From contig JBDREV010000121.1 of assembly GCA_043819375.1 (NCBI GenBank), positions 1 to 6,235 of the forward strand: DNA of 6,235 nt, in the 5' to 3' direction. Both the position numbers and the translations under genes were made by a program. Origin of the DNA: Candidatus Woesearchaeota archaeon. Its GTDB lineage: Archaea; Nanobdellota; Nanobdellia; Woesearchaeales; GW2011-AR9. Shown here one piece after another: positions 1 through 5,444 of the stretch (positions within the stretch are counted from its first letter, which is position 1; every line of letters starts with the position of its first letter). A model generated the notes under the pieces. It was given only the letters and a program-made list of their open reading frames with translations. It was not told where the DNA came from and did no database searches.

Positions 1-501
1 ACTCTACCTTTTCCCAAAGCAAAAAAACCAAGAATAGCTGCATTTGTAGCTCAGGAGCTCAGCGAGCAGGCAGATAAAGTCTGTGATTTTGTGTTAAGAG
101 AAGCAGACTTTGTCAAGTATGATACTAAAGCACAGAAGAAACTGGCCCAAGAGTATGATTATTTCATTGCTCAGGCTAATCTCATGCCCAAGGTGGCCCA
201 GGTCTTTGGTAAGACTTTAGGTACTAAAGGGAAGATGCCCAATCCTAAATTTGGTTGTGTAGTTCCTCCTAATGCTAACCTAGAACCCTTGGTGAAGAAG
301 CTGCAATCAAGCGTGAGGATGTCTGCCAAAAAAAGCACCAACTTACAATGTTTTGTAGGTAAAGAAGATATGCCTGAAGAACAGGTTATTGAGAATATCC
401 TTTCATTACATACCACTGTCCTTAAACAACTGCCTCTGGATCAGCAGAACATCAAAGGTATATTTTTAAAATTAACCATGAGCAAGCCGGTGAAGATCTA
501 A
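1..501 (+). CDS. rpl1: 50S ribosomal protein uL1 (L1), 5' end cut by the window edge
   Basis: Frame 1 is open from base 1 (TLPFPKAKKPRIAAFVAQELSEQADKVCDF...), so the GTG at 91 in the ORF track is internal rather than the start. The translation has typical uL1 segments (GKTLGTKGKMPNPKFGCVVPPNANL, ...FLKLTMSKPVKI at the C-terminus). It occupies the first position of the conserved archaeal L1-L10(P0)-L12(P1) cluster. Stop is TAA 499-501. Confidence 0.93.
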   Translation, partial: TLPFPKAKKPRIAAFVAQELSEQADKVCDFVLREADFVKYDTKAQKKLAQEYDYFIAQANLMPKVAQVFGKTLGTKGKMPNPKFGCVVPPNANLEPLVKKLQSSVRMSAKKSTNLQCFVGKEDMPEEQVIENILSLHTTVLKQLPLDQQNIKGIFLKLTMSKPVKI

Positions 502-502
502 A

Positions 503-1834
503 ATGACCTCAGAAAAAAAGATAAAATTTGTACAAGAACTGGCCAAGAAGGCCCAGTCTTATCCCGTGATTGCTGTGGTCGATATGCAGAGTCTTCCTGC
601 TCGTCAGCTGCAGAATATGCGTGCTCAGCTGTATAAAAGAGGTATTGAATTGATTATGGCCAGAAAGAGGCTGTTAGAACTTTCTTTGAAAAATTCTCAG
701 AAAGAGAACATTACTGCACTTATTGAGAAGATGAGAGGAATGCCTGCCTTAATTTTATCTAAAGAAAACCCCTTCTTACTTTACTCCACTTTGCAAAAAA
801 GCAAATCACAGGCCCCTGCCAAGGCCAATCAGATTGCGCCTAAAGATATTGTAGTCAAAGCGGGAGGAACCAATTTTGCTCCCGGTCCAATTATTTCAGA
901 ACTGGCTAGTGTAGGGATTAAGACTAAAGTAGAAGGGGGCAAGTTGGCTATCGTCAACGATGCAACTGTAGCTAAAGAAGGAGCTATTATCACTGCTAAG
1001 CTAGCTGAAGTGCTCAAGCGTCTGAATATTCAACCGATGGAAATAGGATTGAATGTAGTTGCGGCTTGGGATAATGCGATCATCTTTTCCGCTAAACAAC
1101 TACATGTTGACGAAGAAGAGTATTACAACAATATTGTGACTGCCTTCCAGGAAGCCCTCAATCTGGCGATGGAAGTGGCCTATCCAACTACAGAAACAGT
1201 TGAGTTATTATTACAAAAAGCTTTCAGGGATTCAAAAGCTGTGGCTTTAGAACAGGAGATTTTTACTGATGCGACCACTGAAGAGATTTTGGCCAAGTCA
1301 GAACGGCAGGCTTTGTCATTGAAAGAAGCTGCTAGTCTGGAGATTCCAGAGAAAAAAGAACAGCCAAAAGCTGAAGTGAAACAGGAAACTCCAAAAGAAG
1401 AGAAACAGCCAGAAGTTAAAGAAGAAGTTAAAGTAAAAGAGTCTGTGAAAGAGATAAAAAAAGAAGAGAAACCAGTGGAAGAAAAAGCTGAAGAGAAGAA
1501 AGAAATAAAGAAAGAGAAGCCTGCAGAAAAACCAATCGAACCGAAGCAGGAAGAAAAGAAACCTGCTGAAGAACCAAAACAGGAAAATCTAAAACCAGCT
1601 GCTGAGCCTTCAGAAGCTGACAAAGAAGATCTCCCTTCGGCAGAAGAGATGATCAAGGCTACTCAGGAGAAATTTGCTCCTAAGAAGATTGAACCAAAAG
1701 TTGAAGATAAACCTTCAGCTGAATCTCTAGTAGATGAAGAGTTGAAAAAAGCTGACGCAGAAAAGCCCCCTAAAGAGGTTCAGGAAGTAGAGGCGCTCTA
1801 CGAAAAGCTTAAGAAACAGGGTTCTCTCAAATAG
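503..1834 (+). CDS. rplP0: ribosomal stalk protein P0 / uL10 with an unusually long K/E/P-rich C-terminal extension
   Basis: ATG 503 lies 1 nt after the uL1 stop, and GGTGA 489-493 is an SD-like site. The N-terminal roughly 280 aa look like archaeal P0 ([36 protein letters not shown]..., [30 protein letters not shown], then helical spine region). The gene sits between uL1 and P1. At 443 aa it is longer than the usual archaeal P0, which I recall as roughly 280-350 aa. Confidence 0.9.
   Translation: MTSEKKIKFVQELAKKAQSYPVIAVVDMQSLPARQLQNMRAQLYKRGIELIMARKRLLELSLKNSQKENITALIEKMRGMPALILSKENPFLLYSTLQKSKSQAPAKANQIAPKDIVVKAGGTNFAPGPIISELASVGIKTKVEGGKLAIVNDATVAKEGAIITAKLAEVLKRLNIQPMEIGLNVVAAWDNAIIFSAKQLHVDEEEYYNNIVTAFQEALNLAMEVAYPTTETVELLLQKAFRDSKAVALEQEIFTDATTEEILAKSERQALSLKEAASLEIPEKKEQPKAEVKQETPKEEKQPEVKEEVKVKESVKEIKKEEKPVEEKAEEKKEIKKEKPAEKPIEPKQEEKKPAEEPKQENLKPAAEPSEADKEDLPSAEEMIKATQEKFAPKKIEPKVEDKPSAESLVDEELKKADAEKPPKEVQEVEALYEKLKKQGSLK
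1340..1831 (+). repeat. low-complexity K/E/P-rich coding tract (P0 residues about 280-443)
   Basis: Direct reading gives [82 protein letters not shown]... This is purine-rich DNA with degenerate KEEKP/PKQEE-like repeats. The same composition creates the long spurious antisense ORF 1180-1656. Confidence 0.85.
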
Positions 1835-1872
1835 GACAAACACATTCAAAAAATCATATGGAGGTATCAAAA

Positions 1873-2172
1873 ATGGAATATGTCTATGCTGCCATGTTGC
1901 TTCACAAAGCAGGTAAGGAGATAAACGAAGAAAATGTCAAGAAAGTTTTAGCTGGAGCTGGTGTCACTGTTGATGAGGCCAGAGTGAAAGCTTTAGTCAC
2001 AGCTCTGAATGGAGTTGATATCGAAGAAGCAGTCAAGAAAGCTGCTGTCGCTCCAGTTGCTGTTGCGGCTGCATCTGCTGCTCCTGCTGAAGAGAAGAAA
2101 GAAGAGAAAAAAGAAGACGACAAGAAGACAGAAGAAGCTGCTGCTGCTGGTTTGGGCGCACTCTTCGGATAA
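1873..2172 (+). CDS. rpl12: ribosomal stalk protein P1 (archaeal L12, aL12/P1)
   Basis: [31 protein letters not shown]... is the canonical archaeal P1 N-terminus. An A/E/K hinge follows, then the conserved stalk tail [18 protein letters not shown] at 1860-1864 lies 8 nt upstream of ATG 1873, so I prefer 1873 over the track start at 1858. Stop is TAA 2170-2172. Confidence 0.93.
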   Translation: MEYVYAAMLLHKAGKEINEENVKKVLAGAGVTVDEARVKALVTALNGVDIEEAVKKAAVAPVAVAAASAAPAEEKKEEKKEDDKKTEEAAAAGLGALFG

Positions 2173-2180
2173 AAACTTAC

Positions 2181-2203
2181 TTGTTTGTTTTTTTTTATTT
2201 TTT
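2181..2203 (+). terminator. oligo-T tract downstream of the stalk operon; may overlap the promoter of the next gene
   Basis: TTGTTTGTTTTTTTTTATTTTTT starts 9 nt after the P1 stop, and archaeal termination typically uses sense-strand T runs. The adjoining TTTTTTAT/TTTTTAAA (2191-2206) is TATA-like and lies about 20-27 nt upstream of ATG 2222. Confidence 0.5.
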
Positions 2204-2221
2204 AAACTAGATCTCAATGCT

Positions 2222-3082
2222 ATGAAAGAAGCTAATAATGAACTTAGAAAAGAATTCAATGAATTGAAGAAACTCGTTACTAGTCTTAAATCCAGACTTA
2301 ATAGACTAAGCATTGAAAAGAGAAAGATTTCTCAGGAATCAAGGGATCTCCGCAACAAGATCAAGAGCAATACCAGTAAGATCAAGAACTTGAAGACAGA
2401 GCGCGATAACCTGACTAAGAAAGTTAAGGAGATGAAAGGGGAACGGGAGAAGCTCAATAAAGAAGTCAAGGATAAATTTTCTGTCAAGAAAGATATTGAC
2501 CAAAAACGCAAGGATCTGCTGCAAAAACTTAATCTTAAGCAGGATCCTGAACAGCTTAAACAGCAGATTGAAGCTCTGGAACTGAAGATCGAGACTGAAC
2601 CGATGCAGTTTTCTAAGGAAAAGCAGATCACCAAGACCATCAAGGAAATGAAGAAGAAATATGGTGAAGTAGAGAAGATGGGCAGTGTCTGGAAGGAGAT
2701 CAATGCTGCATCTCAGGAGATTGGCCAGACCAGGAATCAGGCAGAGGATGTTCATCAGGAGATCCAGAAACTGGCCCAGGAATCACAGAAGAAACATGAA
2801 GAATTGAATGTTCTTTTCAATGAGCTGAAGCCGTTAAGGGAAAAGATCCAGCCCTTTGCTGAAGCGATGCTCAAGCTGACTGTGGAATATGAAAAGGTCA
2901 AGACTGAACTGGAAGAGAATCTGAAGAAGTTCAATGAGCTCAGCCAGCATTTCAAGGACGAGGAAGAGAAGTCAGTCAAGGCTATCCTGCAGGAGAAAAC
3001 TGCGGAAGTGAAAGACAAGATCAAGAAAGGCAAGAAGCTTTCTACAGAAGATATTCTGGCTTATCAGGCTACCAAAGAATAA
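2222..3082 (+). CDS. coiled-coil protein, 286 aa; resembles the uncharacterised archaeal coiled-coil family (COG1340-like, from memory)
   Basis: The true start is most likely ATG 2222 (MKEANNELRKEFNELKK...). The track ORF from 2009 overlaps P1 out of frame and crosses the T-tract. Heptad-like K/E/L-rich sequence runs throughout. A central segment (QQIEALELKIETEPMQFSKEKQITKTIKEMKKK) and a C-terminal KKGKKLSTEDILAYQ match what I recall of that family. I could not run a database search. Confidence 0.7.
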   Translation: MKEANNELRKEFNELKKLVTSLKSRLNRLSIEKRKISQESRDLRNKIKSNTSKIKNLKTERDNLTKKVKEMKGEREKLNKEVKDKFSVKKDIDQKRKDLLQKLNLKQDPEQLKQQIEALELKIETEPMQFSKEKQITKTIKEMKKKYGEVEKMGSVWKEINAASQEIGQTRNQAEDVHQEIQKLAQESQKKHEELNVLFNELKPLREKIQPFAEAMLKLTVEYEKVKTELEENLKKFNELSQHFKDEEEKSVKAILQEKTAEVKDKIKKGKKLSTEDILAYQATKE

Positions 3083-3084
3083 TC

Positions 3085-3630
3085 TTAAAACTTTTCTAGA
3101 ATATCACTCTTGCTGATCAACCCTCTGACCTCTCCTTTCTCTGCAACCAACACAATCGAATTTTCCTTTAATAATTCTAGGATAATCTTTTGGCTGGTTT
3201 CCAAAGAGATAATCGGTGGGGAATCATCCATCACTTCTTTCACTTTCAGTTCTGCAATATTCTTCCCCTCAGAGATATTTTCCAGGATTATCTTTTCATT
3301 GACCATGCCGCTGATCTTCTTCTGGTCAAGAACCGGCAGCTGAGAGATCCCTTTCTCTTTCATCAGTCTGATCACTTTTTTGATTATATCATTAGGCTTG
3401 ATGAAGATGACTCTCCTGTTCATCAGATCCTTAGCTTTCAGTTCCTCTTTCTCCTCTAATTCATTCAATGCTTCAAAGATTCTCTTGACTTTAGAATAAG
3501 TGGGCTCAATCTTTCCGGATTCAATCTTAGCGATCAGGCTTTGAGACACTCCTGCTTTTACAGCAAGCTCTTTCTGGTTGATTCCTAATCTGTTCCTAAT
3601 CTTTTTGATCTGTTTCAATTCGTCCAGCAT
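3085..3630 (-). CDS. transcriptional regulator: N-terminal XRE-type helix-turn-helix plus C-terminal CBS domain pair (COG3620-like)
   Basis: LGINQKELAVKAGVSQSLIAKIESGKIEPTYSKVKRIFEAL is a classic HTH_3/XRE motif. Two CBS-like repeats follow (DLMNRRVIFIKPNDIIKKVIRLMKEKGISQLPVLD... and VKEVMDDSPPIISLETSQKIILELLKENSIVLVAEKGEVRGLISKSDIL). The stop codon is 2 nt from the convergent coiled-coil gene stop. Confidence 0.85.
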   Translation of the reverse strand: MLDELKQIKKIRNRLGINQKELAVKAGVSQSLIAKIESGKIEPTYSKVKRIFEALNELEEKEELKAKDLMNRRVIFIKPNDIIKKVIRLMKEKGISQLPVLDQKKISGMVNEKIILENISEGKNIAELKVKEVMDDSPPIISLETSQKIILELLKENSIVLVAEKGEVRGLISKSDILEKF

Positions 3631-3650
3631 AACTAGGCAGTAATTAAAAT

Positions 3651-3660
3651 TATTTATAAA
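3651..3660 (-). promoter_or_regulatory. TATA box for the HTH-CBS gene; predicts a leaderless mRNA
   Basis: The minus strand reads TTTATAAATA. The centre of the box is about 26-27 nt upstream of the A of the start codon (3630), which is the canonical archaeal TATA-to-TSS distance. No SD-like sequence lies between them. The box is nearly symmetric, so it could also fire toward metK. Confidence 0.5.
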
Positions 3661-3678
3661 TATTCCTATGAGAATATT
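3659..3678. promoter_or_regulatory. perfect 7-bp inverted repeat AATATTC-N6-GAATATT; candidate operator in the divergent regulator/metK intergenic region
   Basis: AATATTC (3659-3665) and GAATATT (3672-3678) are exact reverse complements separated by CTATGA. The repeat abuts or overlaps the regulator TATA box and lies 13 nt upstream of the metK-proximal TATA box. The background is AT-rich, so chance occurrence is not negligible. Confidence 0.35.
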
Positions 3679-3690
3679 GTTTTCAAGAGA

Positions 3691-3700
3691 TTTTATATAT
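3691..3700 (+). promoter_or_regulatory. TATA box candidate for metK
   Basis: TTTTATATAT is preceded by the purine-rich AAGAGA (BRE-like). The predicted TSS is near 3722, giving a short leader that contains GAGGT (3722-3726) 7 nt before ATG 3734. Confidence 0.45.
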
Positions 3701-3733
3701 CAACAGTCCAGCGAAAAATGAGAGGTAAACAAA

Positions 3734-4923
3734 ATGACAAATTATCTTTTTACATCAGAAAGTGTTACTGAAGGTCACCCAGATAAAATTCAATAGGTTT
3801 CTATTGGATGTCTTGAGTGAGTGACCAGATTTCCGACGCTATTTTAGATGCAATGATTAAAGACGACCCCAATAGCCGGGTTGCAGTAGAGTGTTTGAAT
3901 AAAACCGGATTTGTAGTAGTAGCCGGAGAAGTGACTACTAAAACATATGTTGATATCCAGAAATTAGTCCGGCAGACAATTCTTGATATCGGTTATGACA
4001 AACCGGAATATGGTTTTGAAGGTTCCACCTGCGGAGTGCTCGTGGCAATTTCAGAACAATCTCCAGATATCTCCCAAGGTGTGACTGAAGGAGAAGGATT
4101 GCATGAGGAGCAAGGAGCAGGAGACCAGGGCTTGATGTTTGGCTATGCGACTAATGAAACTCCAGAATACATGCCTCTACCAATCATCCTGGCGCATAAG
4201 CTGACCAAGAGATTGGCTTCTGCTCGTAAAAGAGGAGAAATCTGGTATTTACGTCCTGATGGAAAATCACAGGTTACTGTTGAATATGAAAACGGAAAAC
4301 CAAAGCGTGTTGATACTGTAGTCATTTCTACCCAACACCATCCCGATGTTGATCTGGAAACGATCCGCAGGGATGTGATTGAGAAAATTATCAAGCCCAT
4401 CTGCCAAGAATGGATTGATGAGAGCACAACTTATCATGTCAATCCCACCGGTAAATTTGTGATCGGCGGTCCCGTAGGTGATGCGGGCTTGACTGGCAGG
4501 AAGATCATTGTCGATACCTATGGGGGACATGGATCTCATGGGGGTGGATGCTTCTCTGGAAAAGATCCTTCCAAGGTAGATCGTTCAGCTTCATATTATG
4601 CTAGGTACGTCTCCAAGAATATTGTGGCTGCTGGATTAGCTGGTAAATGCGAAGTGCAGGTGGCTTATGCTATCGGCGTAGCCCAACCAGTCAGCATCTT
4701 GGTAAACACTTTTGGCACAGGAAAGATCCCTGATGAAAAGATTGCGGAGCTGGTCAGGAAAGTATTCGATTTCCGTCCTAAAGCGATTATCGAACAGCTG
4801 AACTTGAGAAGACCGATCTACAAGAAAACTGCTGCCTACGGACATTTCGGCAGGGATGATCCAGATTTCACTTGGGAGAAAACAGACAAGGCAGAAGTGT
4901 TGAAGAAGGAAGCTGGGATTTAA
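3734..4923 (+). CDS. metK: S-adenosylmethionine synthetase, bacterial/eukaryal MetK type. Two coding segments (3734-3786 and 3816-4923) are separated by a 29-nt stop-containing intervening sequence. It is a pseudogene if that sequence is not removed.
   Basis: Segment 1 (frame 2) encodes [18 protein letters not shown](IQ*). Segment 2 (frame 1) encodes (V)[25 protein letters not shown]...[23 protein letters not shown]...[12 protein letters not shown]...[29 protein letters not shown]...[23 protein letters not shown]...TAAYGHFGR. Together they cover every MetK signature I know, collinear with E. coli MetK. The joined product is 386 aa. Stop is TAA 4921-4923. Confidence 0.85.
3787..3815 (+). other. 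putative 29-nt bulge-helix-bulge (BHB) type intron inside metK
   Basis: The inner helix is 3788-3796/3801-3809 (9 bp, GUUU loop, contains the TAG). The first bulge is AAA 3785-3787. The central 4-bp helix is AGAU 3781-3784 / GUCU 3810-3813. The second bulge, UGA 3814-3816, is on the opposite strand. Outer pairing is UCAC 3775-3778/GUGA 3817-3820, or GGUCAC 3773-3778/GUGACC 3821-3826. The equivalent positions of the two bulges are 29 nt apart, which is the length needed to restore the frame and the [13 protein letters not shown] motif. Confidence 0.55.
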
Positions 4924-4930
4924 TTTTTTT
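4924..4930 (+). terminator. T7 run immediately after the metK stop
   Basis: TAA is followed directly by TTTTTTT, an archaeal oligo-T termination signal. Only 10 nt separate the convergent stops of metK and the 129-aa ORF. Confidence 0.45.
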
Positions 4931-4933
4931 AAT

Positions 4934-5323
4934 TTACTTCTTCTCCAACTCCTTCAACCACATGATCCCGACCTTGATCATCATCTTGTTGAACTTGTCA
5001 GATAATTTATATGTCTTCTTATACAAATCATAATCAATCAAACCCATCCCTCGCATCGGAGTCAGGATCCGATCATAGAACTGTCTTTTATTATAAGAAA
5101 GCTTGATCTCTTTTTCAAATGGCCCCTTACCTTTCTCTTTGACCACCACTTCTCCATCATGGAGCTTCATGGCAAACATACTCATCTCAGTCTTGCCGAT
5201 CTCTCCGCCATTCTTCTTGAGATAGCTGATCAGTAATCTGCCTACAACTTCCTGTTGTTCTGTAGCAAAAATGACCTTGTAGATGCTTTCCGGCATATTG
5301 AACTGGTCAAAAAGTATTACCAT
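4934..5323 (-). CDS. hypothetical protein, 129 aa, with a possible winged-helix-like C-terminal half
   Basis: This is the only long ORF in the interval, with an ATG start and non-repetitive composition. A TATA box lies at the leaderless distance upstream. RQFYDRILTPMRGMGLIDYDLYKKTYKLSDKF resembles the recognition-helix plus wing pattern of small wHTH regulators. I recognise no family. Confidence 0.6.
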   Translation of the reverse strand: MVILFDQFNMPESIYKVIFATEQQEVVGRLLISYLKKNGGEIGKTEMSMFAMKLHDGEVVVKEKGKGPFEKEIKLSYNKRQFYDRILTPMRGMGLIDYDLYKKTYKLSDKFNKMMIKVGIMWLKELEKK

Positions 5324-5346
5324 GAATGTAGAATAATTTAGATTAA

Positions 5347-5354
5347 TATATAAA
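5347..5354 (-). promoter_or_regulatory. TATA box for the 129-aa ORF (leaderless geometry)
   Basis: The minus strand reads TTTATATA, centred about 27 nt upstream of start codon position 5323. No SD motif lies between them. Confidence 0.45.
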
Positions 5355-5410
5355 TGTTATCTTTAAGTATACTGAGTTCTCTATTTCCTGAGAGTAGAAA
5401 CGGGGGAAAA

Positions 5411-5420
5411 GTTTATAAAA
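5411..5420 (+). promoter_or_regulatory. TATA box for the eS17-Alba transcription unit (near-leaderless)
   Basis: GTTTATAAAA is preceded by the purine-rich GGGGGAAAA (BRE-like). The box centre is about 29 nt upstream of ATG 5445, predicting a TSS within a few nt of the start codon. Confidence 0.5.
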
Positions 5421-5444
5421 CACCTACTCAACTGAATCAAATAT

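Noticed and set aside
1858-1872. ATG 1858 as the P1 start ([10 protein letters not shown]...).
   Set aside because: The GGAGG that overlaps 1860-1864 is correctly spaced for ATG 1873, and archaeal P1 proteins begin MEY(V/I)YAA. ATG 1858 has no SD of its own.
2009-2221. The 71-codon N-terminal extension of the coiled-coil ORF, as given in the track (start at 2009).
   Set aside because: It overlaps the P1 coding sequence out of frame. It encodes low-complexity L/K/R text that mirrors the P1 A/E/K hinge codons, and it runs through the oligo-T terminator. ATG 2222 begins the genuine heptad sequence.
171-2313. Antisense ORFs within the ribosomal genes (171-416, 829-1017, 1180-1656, 1902-2123, 1993-2313; all minus strand).
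   Set aside because: They are shadow ORFs opposite confidently identified ribosomal protein genes. Their translations are S/F/A-rich low-complexity mirror images of the K/E/A-rich sense sequence, with no start-site signals.
2332-3459. ORFs antisense to the coiled-coil gene (2332-2703, 2339-2755, 2755-3033; minus strand) and to the HTH-CBS gene (3110-3343, 3190-3459; plus strand).
   Set aside because: They are mirror ORFs typical of purine-rich coiled-coil coding DNA. The opposite-strand products have clear domain signatures, whereas these are L/S/F-rich with no recognisable motifs.
3794-3796. TAG read as a sense codon (pyrrolysine or stop-codon reassignment), or simple readthrough.
   Set aside because: Continuing in frame 2 past the TAG hits TGA at 3818-3820 and never enters the frame that encodes the rest of MetK. 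TAG also serves as a genuine stop for P0 (1832-1834) and eS17 (5631-5633).
3782-3820. Programmed -1 or +1 ribosomal frameshift joining the two metK reading frames. The A-rich GAT AAA ATT lies just before a 9-bp hairpin.
   Set aside because: The incoming frame ends at TAG 3794-3796. The outgoing frame is blocked by TAA 3784-3786 and TGA 3814-3816 and opens only at 3817. No single slip site can therefore connect them. There is also no X XXY YYZ heptamer in the correct register.
3788-3831. Translational bypassing (hopping) of the T4 gene 60 type: a take-off codon next to a TAG embedded in a tetraloop hairpin, with matched landing codons CAA 3791 -> CAG 3826 or ATT 3788 -> ATT 3829.
   Set aside because: Either hop would delete 2 or 4 residues from the invariant KIxDQISDA spacing, giving KIQISDA or KISDA. 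There is no identical take-off/landing pair that preserves the motif. The BHB excision model restores the motif exactly. Bypassing is kept only as a remote alternative.
3817-4923. metK taken as called in the ORF track, a 368-aa protein starting at GTG 3817.
   Set aside because: That start would remove the LFTSESV..GHPDK segment, which contains the catalytic His/Asp/Lys of MetK. This segment is encoded intact just upstream, with its own SD and ATG. No SD precedes 3817.
5324-5444. Possible C/D-box sRNA in the 121-nt divergent intergenic region. CTGA occurs twice, at 5372-5375 and 5388-5391.
   Set aside because: No RUGAUGA C box is present on either strand at a suitable distance, and there are no terminal pairing or k-turn elements. 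The region is better explained by two divergent TATA promoters.
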